Shown here in pieces: positions 1 through 16,103 of a DNA stretch of 64,000 bases. Position 1 is the first letter of the stretch, and every line of letters starts with the position of its first letter. Made by a program: the position numbers and the translations under genes. The DNA comes from the human T2T-CHM13v2.0 reference genome, Homo sapiens: NCBI RefSeq assembly GCF_009914755.1, contig NC_060941.1, one strand, 5' to 3'. The notes under the pieces are model-generated. The model saw only the letters and a program-made list of their open reading frames with translations. It did no database searches and had not been told where the DNA came from.

Positions 1-1320
<1,320 letters not shown>

Positions 1321-1321
1321 G

Positions 1322-3408
1322 TGTATTAGTTCATTTTCGCACTGATATAAAGAACTACCTGAGACTGGGTCATTTATAAAGAAAAGAGGTTTAATTGACT
1401 CATAGTTCCACATGGCTGAGGAGGCCTCAGGAAACTTACAAGCATAGTAGAAGGTGAAGCAGAAGCAAGCACCTTCCTACATGGTAGCAGGAGAGAGAAA
1501 CAGCAAAGGGAGAACTGCCACAAACTTTTAAACCATCAGATCTTGTGAGAACTCCCTATCATGAGAACAGCATAGGGGAAACCACACCCGTGATCCAACC
1601 GCCTCCCAGCAGGTCCCTCCCTCGACATATGAGAATTACAATTTGAGATGGGATTTGGTGGGGACACAGAGCCAAACCATATCATTCCACCCCTGGCTCC
1701 TCCCAAATCTCATGTCCTTCTCACATTTCAAAACACAATCATGCCTTCCCAACAGTCCCTCAAAGTCTTAACTCATTCCAGCATTAACTCAAAAGTCCAA
1801 GTCCAAAGTCCCATCTGAGACAAGGGAAATAAATCCCTTTCACCTATGAGCCTATAAATTCAAAAGCAAGTTAGTTACCTACAAGATACAATGAGGGTAC
1901 AGGCATTGGCTAAATGCTCCCATTCCAAGTGGGAGAAATTGGCCAAAACAGAGGGGCTACAGGCCCCATGCATGTCCGAAACCCAAAAGGGCCATCATTA
2001 AATCTTAAAGCTCCAAAATAATCTCTTTTGACTCCATGTCTCACATCCAGGGCACACTGATGCAAGGTTGGGCTCCCAAGGCCTTGGGCAGTTCTGCTCC
2101 TGTGGCTCTGCAGGGTACAGCCCTCATGGCTGCTTTCATGGGCTGCCATTGAGTGCCTCTGGCTTTTCCAGGCACATAGTGCAAGCTGTCAGTGGATCTA
2201 CCATTCTGAGGTGTGGAGGATGGTAGCTGTCTTCTCACAGCTCCACTAGGCAGTGCTCTAGTGGGGACTCTATATGGGGGCTCCAACCCCACATTACCCT
2301 AGCAGAGGTTCTCCATGAGGGCTTAGCCCTTGCATGCAGCAGACTTCTGCCTAGACATCCAGGCATTTCCATACTCTGAAATCTAGGCAGAGGTTCCCAA
2401 AGCCCAGCTCTTGTCTTCTGTGCAGCTGCAGGCCCAACACCATGTGGAAGCAACCAAGGCTTGGGGCTTGCACCTTCTGAAGCCATGGCTTGAGCTGTAC
2501 CTTGGCTCTTTTTAGCCCCAGCTGGAGCTGGAACGGCTGGGAAACAGAGTGCCCACCATGTCCTGAGGCTGTACAGAACAGCAAGGCCCTGGGCTCAGCC
2601 CACGAAGCCATTTTTCACTCCTATGCCTCTGGGCCTGTGATGGGAGGGGCTGCAGCAAAGATCTCTAGAATGCTCTGGAGAGATTTTTCCCATTCTCTTG
2701 GCAATTAACATTATGCTCTTCATTACTTAACGCAAATTTTCTGCAGGCAGCTTGAATTTCTCCCCAGAAAATGGGTTTTTCTTTTCTACCACATGGTAAG
2801 GCTGTAGATTTTCCGAACTTTTAAGTTCTGCCTCCCTTTTAAACGTAAGTTCCAACTTCAGACCATCTCTTTGTGAATGCATATGACGGTACACCTTCAG
2901 AAAAAGCCAGGTCACCTCTTGAATGCTTTGCTGCTTAGAAATTTCTTCTGCCAGATATCCTAAATCATCTCTCTCAAGTTCAAAGTTCCACAGATCTCTA
3001 GGGCAGGGGCATAATGTCTCTTTGCTAAAGCATAGCAAGAGTGACCTTTACTCCAATTCCCAATAATTTCCTTGTCTCCATCTGAGACCACCTTAGCCTG
3101 GACTTCATTGTCTGTATCACTATGAGCATTTTGGTTAAAATCATTCAACAAGTCTCCAGGAAGTTCCAGACATTCCCACATCTTCCTGTCTTTTTCTGAG
3201 CCCTTCAAATTTTTCCAAGCCCTGCCCATTACCCAGCTCCAAAGTTGCTTCCACATTTTCAGGTATCTTTGTAAGAGCACCCCACTCCTGGTACCAATTT
3301 TCTGTATTAGTCCATTTTCACACTGCTGTAAAGAACTACCTAAGACTGGGTCATTTATAAAGAAAAGACGTTTAATTGACTCACAGTTCCACATGGCTGG
3401 GGAGGCCA
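1322..3408 (-). mobile_element. MaLR retroelement (THE1C/D- or MSTA-type): complete LTR 1322-1684, internal region 1685-3302, truncated second LTR 3303-3408
   Basis: Direct repeat tgtattagt(t/c)catttt...aaagaactacct(g/a)agactgggtcatttataaagaaaaga at 1322 and 3303. The first LTR ends ccaaaccatatca, and typical THE1/MST-int sequence lies between the two. Confidence 0.85.
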
Positions 3409-3574
3409 TATGGACCAACAAACTGACTTGTTTGAACATTTCTGGCAAATCGTTCTGGCTATAATGTTTGTTGTAATGAGGGAGTTAGATTTAGAGCCTC
3501 CTTTTATTCTCTGGCAAAGAACACACCTTAGAGTGCATATGTTACATATTAGGGACTTACATTGAAGGGTGAAC

Positions 3575-4015
3575 CCTTTGGTTTGGATGTGGTTTGTTTG
3601 TCCTCACCAAAACTTGTGTTGAAAGTTGATCCCTAATGTTTTGGTGTTGGGAGGTAGGGTCTAGTGGGAGGTGTTCGGGTTATGGGATCAGATTCTTCAT
3701 GAATGGCTTGGTGCTGTTGTCATGGTGAATTCATTCCTGCTCTCAGGAGACTGGATTAGTTCTCATGGGAATGGGTTAGTCTCTGAGAGAGTGGGTTGTC
3801 TTAAAGCAGGATGGCCTCAGGTTTTCCCATTTGTACATGTCTGCTTCCCTGTTGACCTTCTTTGCTATATTTTGATGCTGTATGAAAGCTCTCACCAGAA
3901 GCCAGAGCCATGCCCTTGAACTTCACAGCCTACAGAACAGTGAGCTAAGTAAACTTTTTAAATAAATTACCCAGTCTCAAGTATTGTTTTATAGCAACAC
4001 AAAATGGACTAATAT
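3575..4015 (+). mobile_element. MaLR solo LTR (MSTC/MSTD-like)
   Basis: Begins tggtttggatgt...ccaaaacttgtgttgaaa and ends aaattacccagtctcaagtattg...tatagcaacacaaaatggactaa, which are MST-type LTR ends. Confidence 0.7.
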
Positions 4016-4334
4016 ATTGAGTAAACCCGTTTTACAAGTTGAATCTGCAAACTCAGTCATGCAATGAAGGTAAATGTCAGAGAAGTTTAATCTCTTAATA
4101 TAAAGTTAGATTCAGTATTATCCAGTTTTTTTAACTTGGTGACTGGAAAAAGCCAATTAGCAATTTTACACATTTTTATGTAATAAATAACATGTCAGTC
4201 TTCAGGTATTCTTCATGTGATTATCATGGTCTGATGAAAAATGTTAACTGACTCTAAGCATGACAAGTCATTTAATTAATCTTTCCACATTACTGCTTCC
4301 TCATGTGTGAAGAAGAATCTTAATTGCTAGCCTA

Positions 4335-4631
4335 GGCTGGGTGCATGGTTCACACGTATAATTTCAACAATTTGGGAGGCAAAGGTGGGCAGATCGCTTG
4401 AGGCCAGCAGTTTGAGACCAGCCTGAGCAACGTAGTGAGACCCTGTCTTTACAAAAAAAAATTTTAAAATTAGCCGAGCATGGTGGCACACTCCTGTCAT
4501 CCCAGCTCCTTAGAGGCTGAGGCAGGAGGATTGCTTGAGCCCTGGATTTGGAGGTTACAGTGAGCTATGATTGCACCACTGTACTCCAGCCTGGGGAACA
4601 GAGTGAAATCCTGTCTCAGAGAAAAGAAAAA
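4335..4631 (+). mobile_element. Alu (AluJ-like); inferred to contain the telomeric boundary of distal CMT1A-REP
   Basis: Dimeric Alu with A-rich linker and tail. The boundary is inferred from the ~24-kb REP length measured back from the Alu ending at 28519. Confidence 0.85.
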
Positions 4632-5989
4632 TTCTAACCTGTTCATCTCATAACATTATTATGGATATAATAATAAGATCACTAAAATCATGTAAATAAA
4701 AGTACATTGTTAGGGAAGAGGTTTAAAACTATAGAGAAATATAGAGTTGTTTACAGAATTTAAATGTCTTTAAAATTTGCTTGAAAATATAATACTTGTC
4801 AGCTAATAACATAAAAAAGAAATTCAAGTTATTTTCAAAGGATGGGGAGAAGTAAGCAAAAACACACGCTGAATAAGCAAACTCAGAGTGAAAACTGTGT
4901 TTCCATTATGATTAAGTTGGTAGGCAAAAAATACTCAGTGGAAAGTAGAGTGGTGGGTTATTGAACCTTTCCCTCATACTATCATCATCGGAACACTTTT
5001 GTGGAGTGTTGTCTATGTAGAAAAGGGTGCTAGTTCCCAAGGTTGCAGAGAGGTAAATAACATGGTCTTCATTCTCTTGGAATCACGTCGAGGAGATGGC
5101 AACACACGTGCATTAAAAGGACACTAAGTGTTGTCAAAGGTACATTTCACTCAACAAATGTGTTTTTTTAGTGCACATGCCAGCCAGGCATGGTGCTCGA
5201 CCCTGGAGGTGCAGTGGTGACTAAGGCACACTTCTGTGTCTTGTGGGGTTCTGAGTCATGAAGCACCTCATATGTGTGTAATGTGCTAAATACTACAAGG
5301 ACAGGCCCAGTGTGACGTGGGAGCACAAAGAGAAGTATCTACCTCAAACTGAGGAGACCAAGGATTACTTCTCAGGGAATGCGTCTTGAAGCTGAGAACC
5401 AAAGGTTGAGTAAGAAATAAGCCATTCTGCCTGTTCCCTGCTGAGCTCTTGTTTCTGTTCCTTCCTCCTCCACCTACTCTAGTTTGGTGGTCCTTAATCT
5501 CCTCCTCATCTCACTTCCCTGCATTTGCTACACTCCACACTGTCTGTACCTCCAACCCAGATTGCTTTTCTGAGCCTAGTTCCTCTGAAAATCTATTGGG
5601 CTGCCCCTGCAGGCAGCTCACATTTTGTGTGTATTCACCCCAATTCACTTTCTTTCCCAAATCTTTTTCCTTAATACCTTAATTTATGTTCCAAAGTCAG
5701 GCACCTATAAGCCATCCTAGACACTCTTTTTCTGTTATCTCCTTCATCTGATTACTCAACAGATTGTGTCTTTTCAACCCCCTGATTTACCCTGGAATCT
5801 GTGCCCTCTCACCTCAGTGCTTTAGCTTCAGCCCATCATCAGTTTTGCGTGGGTTATTACAGCACATCCCAGCTGACTTCTCTGCCTTCTTCCTAACCCT
5901 CCTTCCATCTGTCTTCCACTCAACTGGCAGATAGGTCTTCCGTAAGTGATCACTGTTTCACCAAACATATTTAAGACAAAACACATATC

Positions 5990-6920
5990 TTTGCTGTGAT
6001 GAAAAGTACTATAATAAACATGAGTACAGGTATCTTTTTGATTAATGTTGATTTCTTTCCTTTTGGGTAGATACTCAGTAGTGGGATTACTGGATCAAAT
6101 GGTAGTTCTATTTTTAGTTATTTGGGAGATCGCCATACTATTTTCCATAGAGGCTATACTAATTTACATGCCCCGTCAACAGTGTGTAAGAGTTCCCTTT
6201 TCTCTGCATCCTCATCAACATCTTCGTTTTTTGTCTTTTTATAATAACAATAGCTCTTCTGACTGGGGTAAAATGATATCTCAGTATGGTTTTAATTTTC
6301 ATTCCTCTGATGATTAGTGATGTTGAGCATTTTTTCGTATACCGTTTGGCTATTCGTATGTCTTCTTTTTTTCTTTTTCTTTTTTTTTTTTTTTTTTGAG
6401 ACAGGTCTTGCTCTGTTACTTAGGCTGGAGTGCAGTGGCAGGACTATGGCTCACTGCACCCTTAACCTCCAGAACTCGTGATCCTCCCCGCTCAGCCTCC
6501 CAAGTAGCTGGAATTACAGGTGCCAGTCGCTGGGCCTAGGTAATTTTTTTTTACTTTGTGTGGCCGGTTTCGAACTCCTGGGCTCAAGCGTTTCTCCTGC
6601 CTTGGCCTCCTAAAGTGCTGGGATTACAAGTGCGAGCCAACACACCCAGCTAATTTTGTTTTTAATTTTTTTGTAGACACAGTGTCTCACTATGTTGCCC
6701 AGGCTGGTCTCAAACTCCTGGCCTCAAGTGATCTTTCTGTCTTGGCCTCCCAAAGTGCTGGGATTACAGGCATGAGCCACCATGTATGTCTTCTTTCAAA
6801 AAATGTCATGTCATTTGCCCACATTTCAATGGCATTATTTGTTTGTTTGTTTGTTTTTACTATTGAGTTGTTTGAATTCCTTGTACATTCTGGGTATTAA
6901 TACTCTTGTCACATGGACAG
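5990..6920 (-). mobile_element. L1 (L1M-type) 3' ORF2 fragment with nested composite Alu at 6366-6785
   Basis: Antisense L1 text (gggtagatactcagtagtgggattactggatcaaatggtagttctattttta...ctgatgattagtgatgttgagcattttttc) interrupted by poly-T and Alu monomers. Confidence 0.75.
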
Positions 6921-7519
6921 TTTTAGGCACCATTTTCAATACTATATTACAGAGGTGAACAAAACAGAAAAATTCTTGCTGTCGTGGAGCTTGCATGCTA
7001 GCCATTATACCTGGCAGGTAGCTAATGCTTAATAATGGATAGATGGACAGGTGGATGGATGATAAGAGAAAGAAATGACCTCCTAGGTGGGAGAAATACA
7101 GAAGTAAAGATACCAAAGAAGGAATACATGGCATCTGCTGCCAAGGCAATGAGAAGGCCATTCGGACAGGAGTGGAGAATGAGCGAAGAGACAAAATGAA
7201 CATCAAGATAGAGAGACAGGCTGTAGACCTTGACAGACAGACTTTGGATAGGTAGAGAATGAAGCAAAGACCATGTCAGGCAAGATGAACATGGTGAGCA
7301 AAGATGCAAAGATGGGAGTGCAAAATACATGTGTAAGGATAAAAACAGGCAACCTGGCCAGCTGTAGAGGGAAGGATGTGTATAGGAGAATTGTGAGGAA
7401 GTAAAACTGGGAAGAGGTTAAGGAAAATGTACGGACCAGACTACACTGTGAGGGCTGTTCTATAGGAACTGGACCTTGGTCAGTGTTGTTCTGGAGCTCC
7501 TGACTAGTATATAATAAGG

Positions 7520-9070
<1,551 letters not shown>

Positions 9071-9129
9071 CTGTTTTAGACTAGATTTTCAGAGCACTTG
9101 GTTTTTCCTTGGGGAATAGAATGTTGTAG

Positions 9130-9340
9130 AACATAAGATTTTGGGGTCCGACTGCCTGGAATCAAAGCCTAGCTCCTCTGCCTGCTTCACCATGCAAGCC
9201 TGACCATATTACTAAACTTCTCTGAGGCTCTGTTTCCTCGCCTATAAAATGAGGTTTGTGCCTTCCACCTCATAGAGTTATGTGAGAAAACGACTGTTCT
9301 TATAAAGCCGTCAGTAAATGATACTGCTGTCATCATTGTT
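9130..9340 (+). mobile_element. MIR SINE
   Basis: Core aacttctctgaggctctgtttcctcgcctataaaatgagg...cctcatagagttatgtgag. Confidence 0.6.
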
Positions 9341-10930
9341 ACTACTTTTTTCAGAATTGTGTCCTCAGCATCTCTGGATGTTACACTCTGTGCTAAATGC
9401 TGGAATATGACCAGCATGACCTGATCCCTGCCTTCATTCCAGTCCGGTGGAGAAGGTAGAACTTTAGCCAGTGAACAGTTGAGCTCTAAAAGATCATTCT
9501 AGGTGGGCATCAATGGTGCCAAGGAAAGAGACAGAATGATAATACAGAACAATTGGGAGAGAGCACTCCAGAGCGGGAAGGCACTGGGAGGGAGTGGATT
9601 GGAGTTGAGAACTGAAGGAGAGTGATGCAGAGATCTGGGGGAACGTACGGTGGCCAGAGTGGGCTTCTACCTGACACTATAAATAGAAAGGCCAGTGTGG
9701 TGAGAACATAATGAACAAGGGGCAGGGTGGCACAAGATGAAGACAGAAGGGCTGGAACTCCATGTGCAGTGGGAGAAGCCAGAAATGAGTTGTACAAATG
9801 GGGCTGGTGTGATCAGATTTAGGTTAAAAGAACCCCTCAGCTGCCTGGGTAAAGTAGACCGTAGAATCCCAGGAGAGAGACTTGGGGCAGCTCCTGGCAT
9901 GACTTGATGATAGCTTGGACCAGGGTGGTCACAGCAGAAGTGAAGTTCTGCTGTTACTCAGCTCAAAATTCAGGCTGGCTACCATTGCCTACTCTTCTCT
10001 GAAACGTTCCCGTCTCTATTGCCTATGTGTATCTTCACCTTTGTTACAGTGCTATAGCTCTGTCTACCTGTAATTCATTATAAGGGAGAGGAGCAGAGGT
10101 GACATTAGAACATAATCCCAGAGAAGGTGCAGCTCCCCTGTTCAGTCAAATCCTCACAGCCAGCACCAACAGAAATACATTTCTGTTTAGCCAGGCTGCC
10201 GATGCTTGTAGCATGAAGAATAATAGAGTAAACCCCGCAGGGAAACAGAACCCCATAGAATTCTCCACCTCTTCTCTACTGAGAGTCTCCTTAAAGGCAG
10301 AATGGTTTGAATGCCCAGCCATCTAAATTAGGCTTTTCTTTTGTTCCCTCTTAATTTAACTGAGTGATTCTCAAACTCTAGTGAACACAGTCATTATTTT
10401 CCAGAATTGTACATACATAACCTTCCATGTACTTTATGGATGAGTTCAGAGGATTTTAAAGGATAATTTTGAATATAATATAGTTTCACCTTAGGGCTGA
10501 CCTAAATAAACTGAATAAACTGCAGCTCCACTGTTTCAAGAAATTGAAAATGCATCTGGTCCTAATACAGCTTTGAGTGCCAGTCTTGGTGCTGCTTGCC
10601 TGTTTGTTACTGAGCTCCCTTTTGTCTATGTTGTTTCAAATGATGGAGAAAGTGACCTTGAATATATGTAATAAACAAGGAATAGTAAGATAATTGACTG
10701 TTTTTGAAATAGTTACAGTAAAAACCCTTTACATTTTAAGCAACATAGAAATTTTCTATAATTTTTTTTTTGCAAATCAAAGGGGAAAATGTTTATAGCT
10801 AAAATGCCATTTAATGAGAAAAAAATCAATGCAATGACATTGTCATTTGTTTCATTTTCCCAAGGAGAATACAGAGGACAGTACTTAAGTTTTAGTTATG
10901 TTGATTGCTTGTGTGAAATGCTGATTCCTG

Positions 10931-11110
10931 CCAGCAGTCGCCAGGTGTCTCTCACACTGCTGGGAGAGGAATGTCTCGTCTTCTTCATCTGGTTGCCTCC
11001 GTCACTGTTCTAGGGGCTTCTGGCACTGGTGCAAGGCAGAGCTGTGCTTCCTTGGGAGTGTGCCAAGCATTTACTTTGGTTGTTTAGTTCTAGTCTGGGA
11101 GCAGACACAA
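10931..11110 (+). ncRNA. SNORA74: SNORA74/U19-family H/ACA snoRNA retrocopy (SNORA74B-like) in COX10 intron 5; 5' hairpin internally deleted
   Basis: Recognisable SNORA74B-like text (acactgctgggagaggaatgtc...tggcactggtgcaaggcagagctgtgcttccttgggagtgtg...ctagtctgggagcagaca). Basal stem ccagcagt/actgctgg, H box AGAGGA at 10965-10970, ACA at 11105-11107, A-rich tail to about 11128, and a degenerate target-site duplication. Confidence 0.8.
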
Positions 11111-14100
11111 AAGGAAAAAAAAGAAAATACCAACTCCATGTGTCTGAGGTATCACTTATAGTTTAAAAAAAATGATTGTCTTATCATGTTTGGGAAAATA
11201 CTGGTCTTCCTGTTTTCCTCCTATTTAAATTCATCCTAAAACTTCCAGGGACACAAGAAATTATTAGCTATTTTGACCATCCATTCCAGAAAAGATGGTG
11301 GCCTTACAATAATTGCAAGTGGTTAATAGAAACATCCTTTTACAGCTTCTATTTACCAAATGTAGTTCCTGTGGAAGCACTTGACCCCGTGGCTTTCTGC
11401 TTTTTATGTCAGCTCTGGGGCCTTTATGATAGAATTATTTATCAGAGTCTTTAATGGCTCGGGGCCACTTGATGAACTTGAGTACACTGTACATCACATC
11501 ACTTAGGAAGCATCCCAGATGCTCATGGATAAATCTAGAGTCGTGGTGCATTTGGCTAAAGAGCTCCTGCATGTGAGGAAGTCTGGAGAAAAGTGCTCCA
11601 GAGGGGTCACAATGGAGCTGTGTTAACCTCTGTTGTCAGCTTCTCACCACGGAGTTTATCCCTATTACTTGGAGCCAAACCACTGCATCTGTTCTCCTTA
11701 GGCTGTGTCAGCGCAGCCACCTCACAGCCTCAGGGACCCACGGCTTCCATTCTGGATACTCACACTGGTAAGTGGGACTTGGCAGAGGCCAAATCAAGTA
11801 GTTTGTTTCTGACACCTCTGAGCCCATTTCTTTGCCAGTTTTATATCATCACTAGTAACTCCCTTCCCTGTACCTCTTACACATCACACAGGCAGCCAGT
11901 GTCCTTGAACACCTTCCACTTAACGAAGCTGCATATCTGCTTGCAACACTCGTCCTAATAGGATAAAAGGATTAAGTAGTTTTAGGGTGGCCAAGAGGAG
12001 GGGACAGCAGGAGACAAGTGGTTAAAAGTGAACGTTCCCAATATTTCTTCTAAAATATACCTCAGTTCTTCTCAGGAGGATAAAACCAAGTGTTTTGCCC
12101 TAGGAGATTATAGCTGCCAGAGTCTAACACTTATTTTGGAATGTTTCCGGGGGTCCTTGGGACCCCTTTTCTATCTTATGGTCTTCCATGCTGTAAGACC
12201 TGGAGACCAACTGGCCTGAATGGAGGTTGTGGGGCCTGAGGGCTCTCCCGGCACCTCTGCCAGCCCTGTCGCCTCATTGGTTCCTTCTCTTCTGACTTCA
12301 TATTTGACAGGTTGTCCTTCTGTCTTAGACAAAAATCTATTAAATTCGCTGCTCCATCCAGTTACTCTTCTATTTCTCCTTTTTGTAGCCGACTTCTGGA
12401 AAGGGTGGCCTGCTCACCACTTCACTAGTTGCAGCTCAGCTTCCAGCCTCACCATTCATCTCTGCTTTTCTCTGTACTTTCACTGCATTTTTCTCTCTGC
12501 ATGGCGGCCCTGCCAACCACTCTTCACTTAAATGGACTCATATCAAAATGGCAACCTCAGCCTTAGCCCCTAGGTCCTCCAGCTGAGTTCCCTGTCCCAA
12601 TTCCAAATCTTTATGAGAGAAAATTTGATTGCTCCAGCTTGGGCCTGATAGTTCCATTTCCCTGGGGCAAAGGAAAGGGTTATAAGGACAATTAAGCATT
12701 AGGGATGGGAATGGGAGGACAAAAGTACCTAAGGCAAAGGGAAGGATCCAGGGCAGCTTCCACGGGACTTTACGTGGCACTTGGCCAGATGTGTATCTAA
12801 AGCTATGATTCTGCTTTGTAACTTTCTAGCTATAATCTACCTCCCCAACTTTCAACAAACACATTATGTCAAATTCTTTCTGTGTGTTATAATTAAAGCC
12901 AAAGAGATTCTTAATATTTACCAAGTCTTAATTTCGCTTCAGAGATGTGTTTCCTAGTTCAGTTAAAATTGGAGTTTCTGTTCATGTTCTCCTTGTTTTC
13001 AGAGAAGACAGAGAGATGTAGACACCGTTCATCTACCATCTCTTATCAAACCTGAGGTCCTTCAGACTTATATTTTTAAGGTATCTTATATATATTTTTT
13101 AGTGATATCCTTTTTGCTGGTCTATCCTAATTTAATATTTCTTAAAGATGTCAAGGCCTACTGTTTCTTTTAAATATTTTAGAATCAAATAATTATTTTC
13201 TTCAATTCCTCAAGAGTGTATTGATCACCTGTAATGTACAAGCACTGTCAGTTTTGTTTTTATAATGCTCAAAGTTTTATAATCTGGGTGAAAAACCTAG
13301 CCACATGTATAAAATGCTTAACAGACAGCATAAGGCAGCCCAGAAATATGTGTTGAATGAAATGAATAGATCGGTACAAACAAGAATTTCTCTGGAAAGT
13401 CAGACAAAGAAGAAGGACAGAGTGGACAGTGAAAACTTCCTGCAGGCAGAGCCAGGACTGGGCCTTTCTTCTTGTTATTTCAGAGACATCTGTATTTTGA
13501 TTATGTCTCTTTTGAATTATCTATTTTCCAGCTTGGTGACGCTGACAGGGAAATAATACATGTCAGCATTAGTTTTTCCAACTTAATGGATCAGATGAGA
13601 GTGATCCATAACATGTAAGCTTTAGGTGTGGGCTGTAAGCAGGAGAGATTGCACGATAAGAGCAGAGCAAAAGGTTATTTAGAGAGGATAAATTAAAACA
13701 CTTGGAATTGGGGTCAGTCAATACCTGGTTTTGAAATGAATGATGAAGATGGAGTTTTAGAAATGAAATGAATGGATTGTTTAGTTGGCATTATTAACTT
13801 AAAGAACAGGGTTTAGCTTAAGTATTATAGGGCTTTACAGGAGACATTTTTCAAATTTACTGAGGGTTTTACCAGTAAGCACTTAAGCAAATGTAAACAT
13901 TTTGTGGGCTGCAGGGGAGCTGTGGATATTATTCATCACCCAGGCACACTAGTCTAGCAGACGGGTACCCAGCCAGGCTAAAGCTCTGCAGAGTTTCTAA
14001 GGGTTGTTATGATTAGTCTCTTGGTGTGTATATATTGCTAATGTAATAAGAACATAAACATTTTATAAGTATAGAAATTTCTTTTTTTTAGTGTTAACCA

Positions 14101-15945
14101 GTGAAGTGGCAGGAAGAACAAATTTGGCCTCAACTTAATAATAGTGGTATTAATGTAGAGAACTTGTTCTTAAAATAAAACTGTTCTCTATTAACCATGG
14201 TATGAAGAGTTCACAAAAACTTTTTGTACATATTGTCATGCTTAGTCATTACAATGGTTGAACAAGAGGAACGCTGCTGGGATTTTCTGAAAGTTACACT
14301 CCTTTCTCTCATCATGAGAAAAAAGAAAGCATTTGTGACTATTTTCAAGCGTTGTGAGCTGTGACAGTATTCCTAGGGATGAAGGATTCTTCTGTTCTCA
14401 TCTCCCTTTTTATAATCAGAAAATGCCCAGATATTCTAATAGATATGAATATGAAGAGTTAACTGTCATAGTAACTTAGTCTATCACTTGTAGCCAATTA
14501 AAACATACGTTTTAGGAGCAAATATCTTTTACTAATAATCTAGGGTCATTTTGCCTAATGTCTCTTCACTTTGATTCCTCTCTTTTCCCATAAGACGATG
14601 TGAAAAGATGGGACACAATTAAATGCTGTTTTCATTGGTTGGTGTTAGATGAGTGGAAGTCATACCATAGCGTTCTCTCTTTTGCATGGTTTGTAAAGGT
14701 TCCTTTGGGCACCATTCTTAAGTTCAGAGAATATAAAGATGAATAGTGCAAAGTCACTTCACTGAAAAAACACAGCATAAGGGGATGGGCAGCCATGGCA
14801 GCAGCTCATGTTAGCATGAGGTCTAAGAAGTGCTGTGAGAGCTTGGGAACAGACATGGAGACCAACCATGTGGAGGGGCTCAGGAAGGTGAGAACGGAGA
14901 GAGAAAATGTCCTTGGAGGAGTTTTTTGATGTCTAAGCTGAGTCTTAGAGGATGAGTAAGAGATGGCCATACAAAAGATGGAGAGAAGTGTTTCAGGGGG
15001 CAAGGGGGTCAATTCTAGGGCAAAGGAGCTAGATGCACAGTTAATTAGACACGTTCACAGAATAGATCAGAGATGGCAAAATAATGGCCAATAGACCAAA
15101 TCCTGAAGAAGCATTTTTTGTTTGGCCTGCTGTGCCAGGCTGGTCCTTGTAGATGTCTGCATTTGTAAACATGGTCCCTGGCCAAAGGTCCTGGTCCCAA
15201 GGGGCAGGTAAGGAGATGGAGTAAGAGGTCAGCACTATACCTCCGGGTAGCTGCACGTGCACGCAGCTGCCAGTCTCCAAAGCAGCAGAGATGGATAGTT
15301 TTATTTCCCAGCTTCATTCTTTATAAATTGTGTTTTATTTAAGTTTTTCAAAGACTCTTTAAAATTCATTGACCCTATTTGGTGCAGGTGAACAAAGCTA
15401 TTTTTTAAGTAGAGTCTTATAAATTAAAAATAAGGAGGCAGATCAGAGAATTCAACTATCTGGCTCAGTCAGGAGAAAGGAAAAGTATGTGTCTGTCACG
15501 TGGCAGGCATTGGGTGTTATGGGATCCAGGAGTAATGGAGGGATTCAGTAGTTGGTCCCTGCCCTCAAGGAATTAGAAAAACATACTAAGAGATTGGACT
15601 ACAATGCTGGAAACTCTGATTTTCATAGCTGGGACAGTAGGAATCACTCCTCCTTAAAAATTCCGAAGTCTTTGTACAAATTACCCTTAATTTAAGATGA
15701 ATTGGTGTAGCATAATTCAGGGGTCACCACGTACTCCCCTCTGAATAAGAAGGCTGAATCTCAGTGGTCAGCAATGAGGGAGATTCATTTTGGTATTTTT
15801 TTCTTTTTTTTTTTTTACAGGCAATCTTTCTTCTCATCCTTCTAGATTAACAGGATTCTTTCAGTCAGCTTTCAAAACTCATTCAGCGTAGATCTGGTTT
15901 GTTTTCTTCCTTGAAAAAAATTATTAATATAATACCACAGTCTCT

Positions 15946-16062
15946 GCGCCGAACATCATGATGCATGCCTATAATCGCAGCTACTCAGGAGGCTGAGGTG
16001 GGAGAATCACTTGACACCAAGAGTTTGAGCATTTTTTAGAGATGGGACCCCATTTCTTAAAA

Positions 16063-16101
<39 letters not shown>

Positions 16102-16103
16102 AA
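15946..16103 (+). mobile_element. Alu monomer (FLAM/FAM-like) with (TAAA)n microsatellite tail
   Basis: gcctataatcgcagctactcaggaggctgaggtgggagaatcacttga followed by about 10 TAAA units at 16058-16103. Confidence 0.8.
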
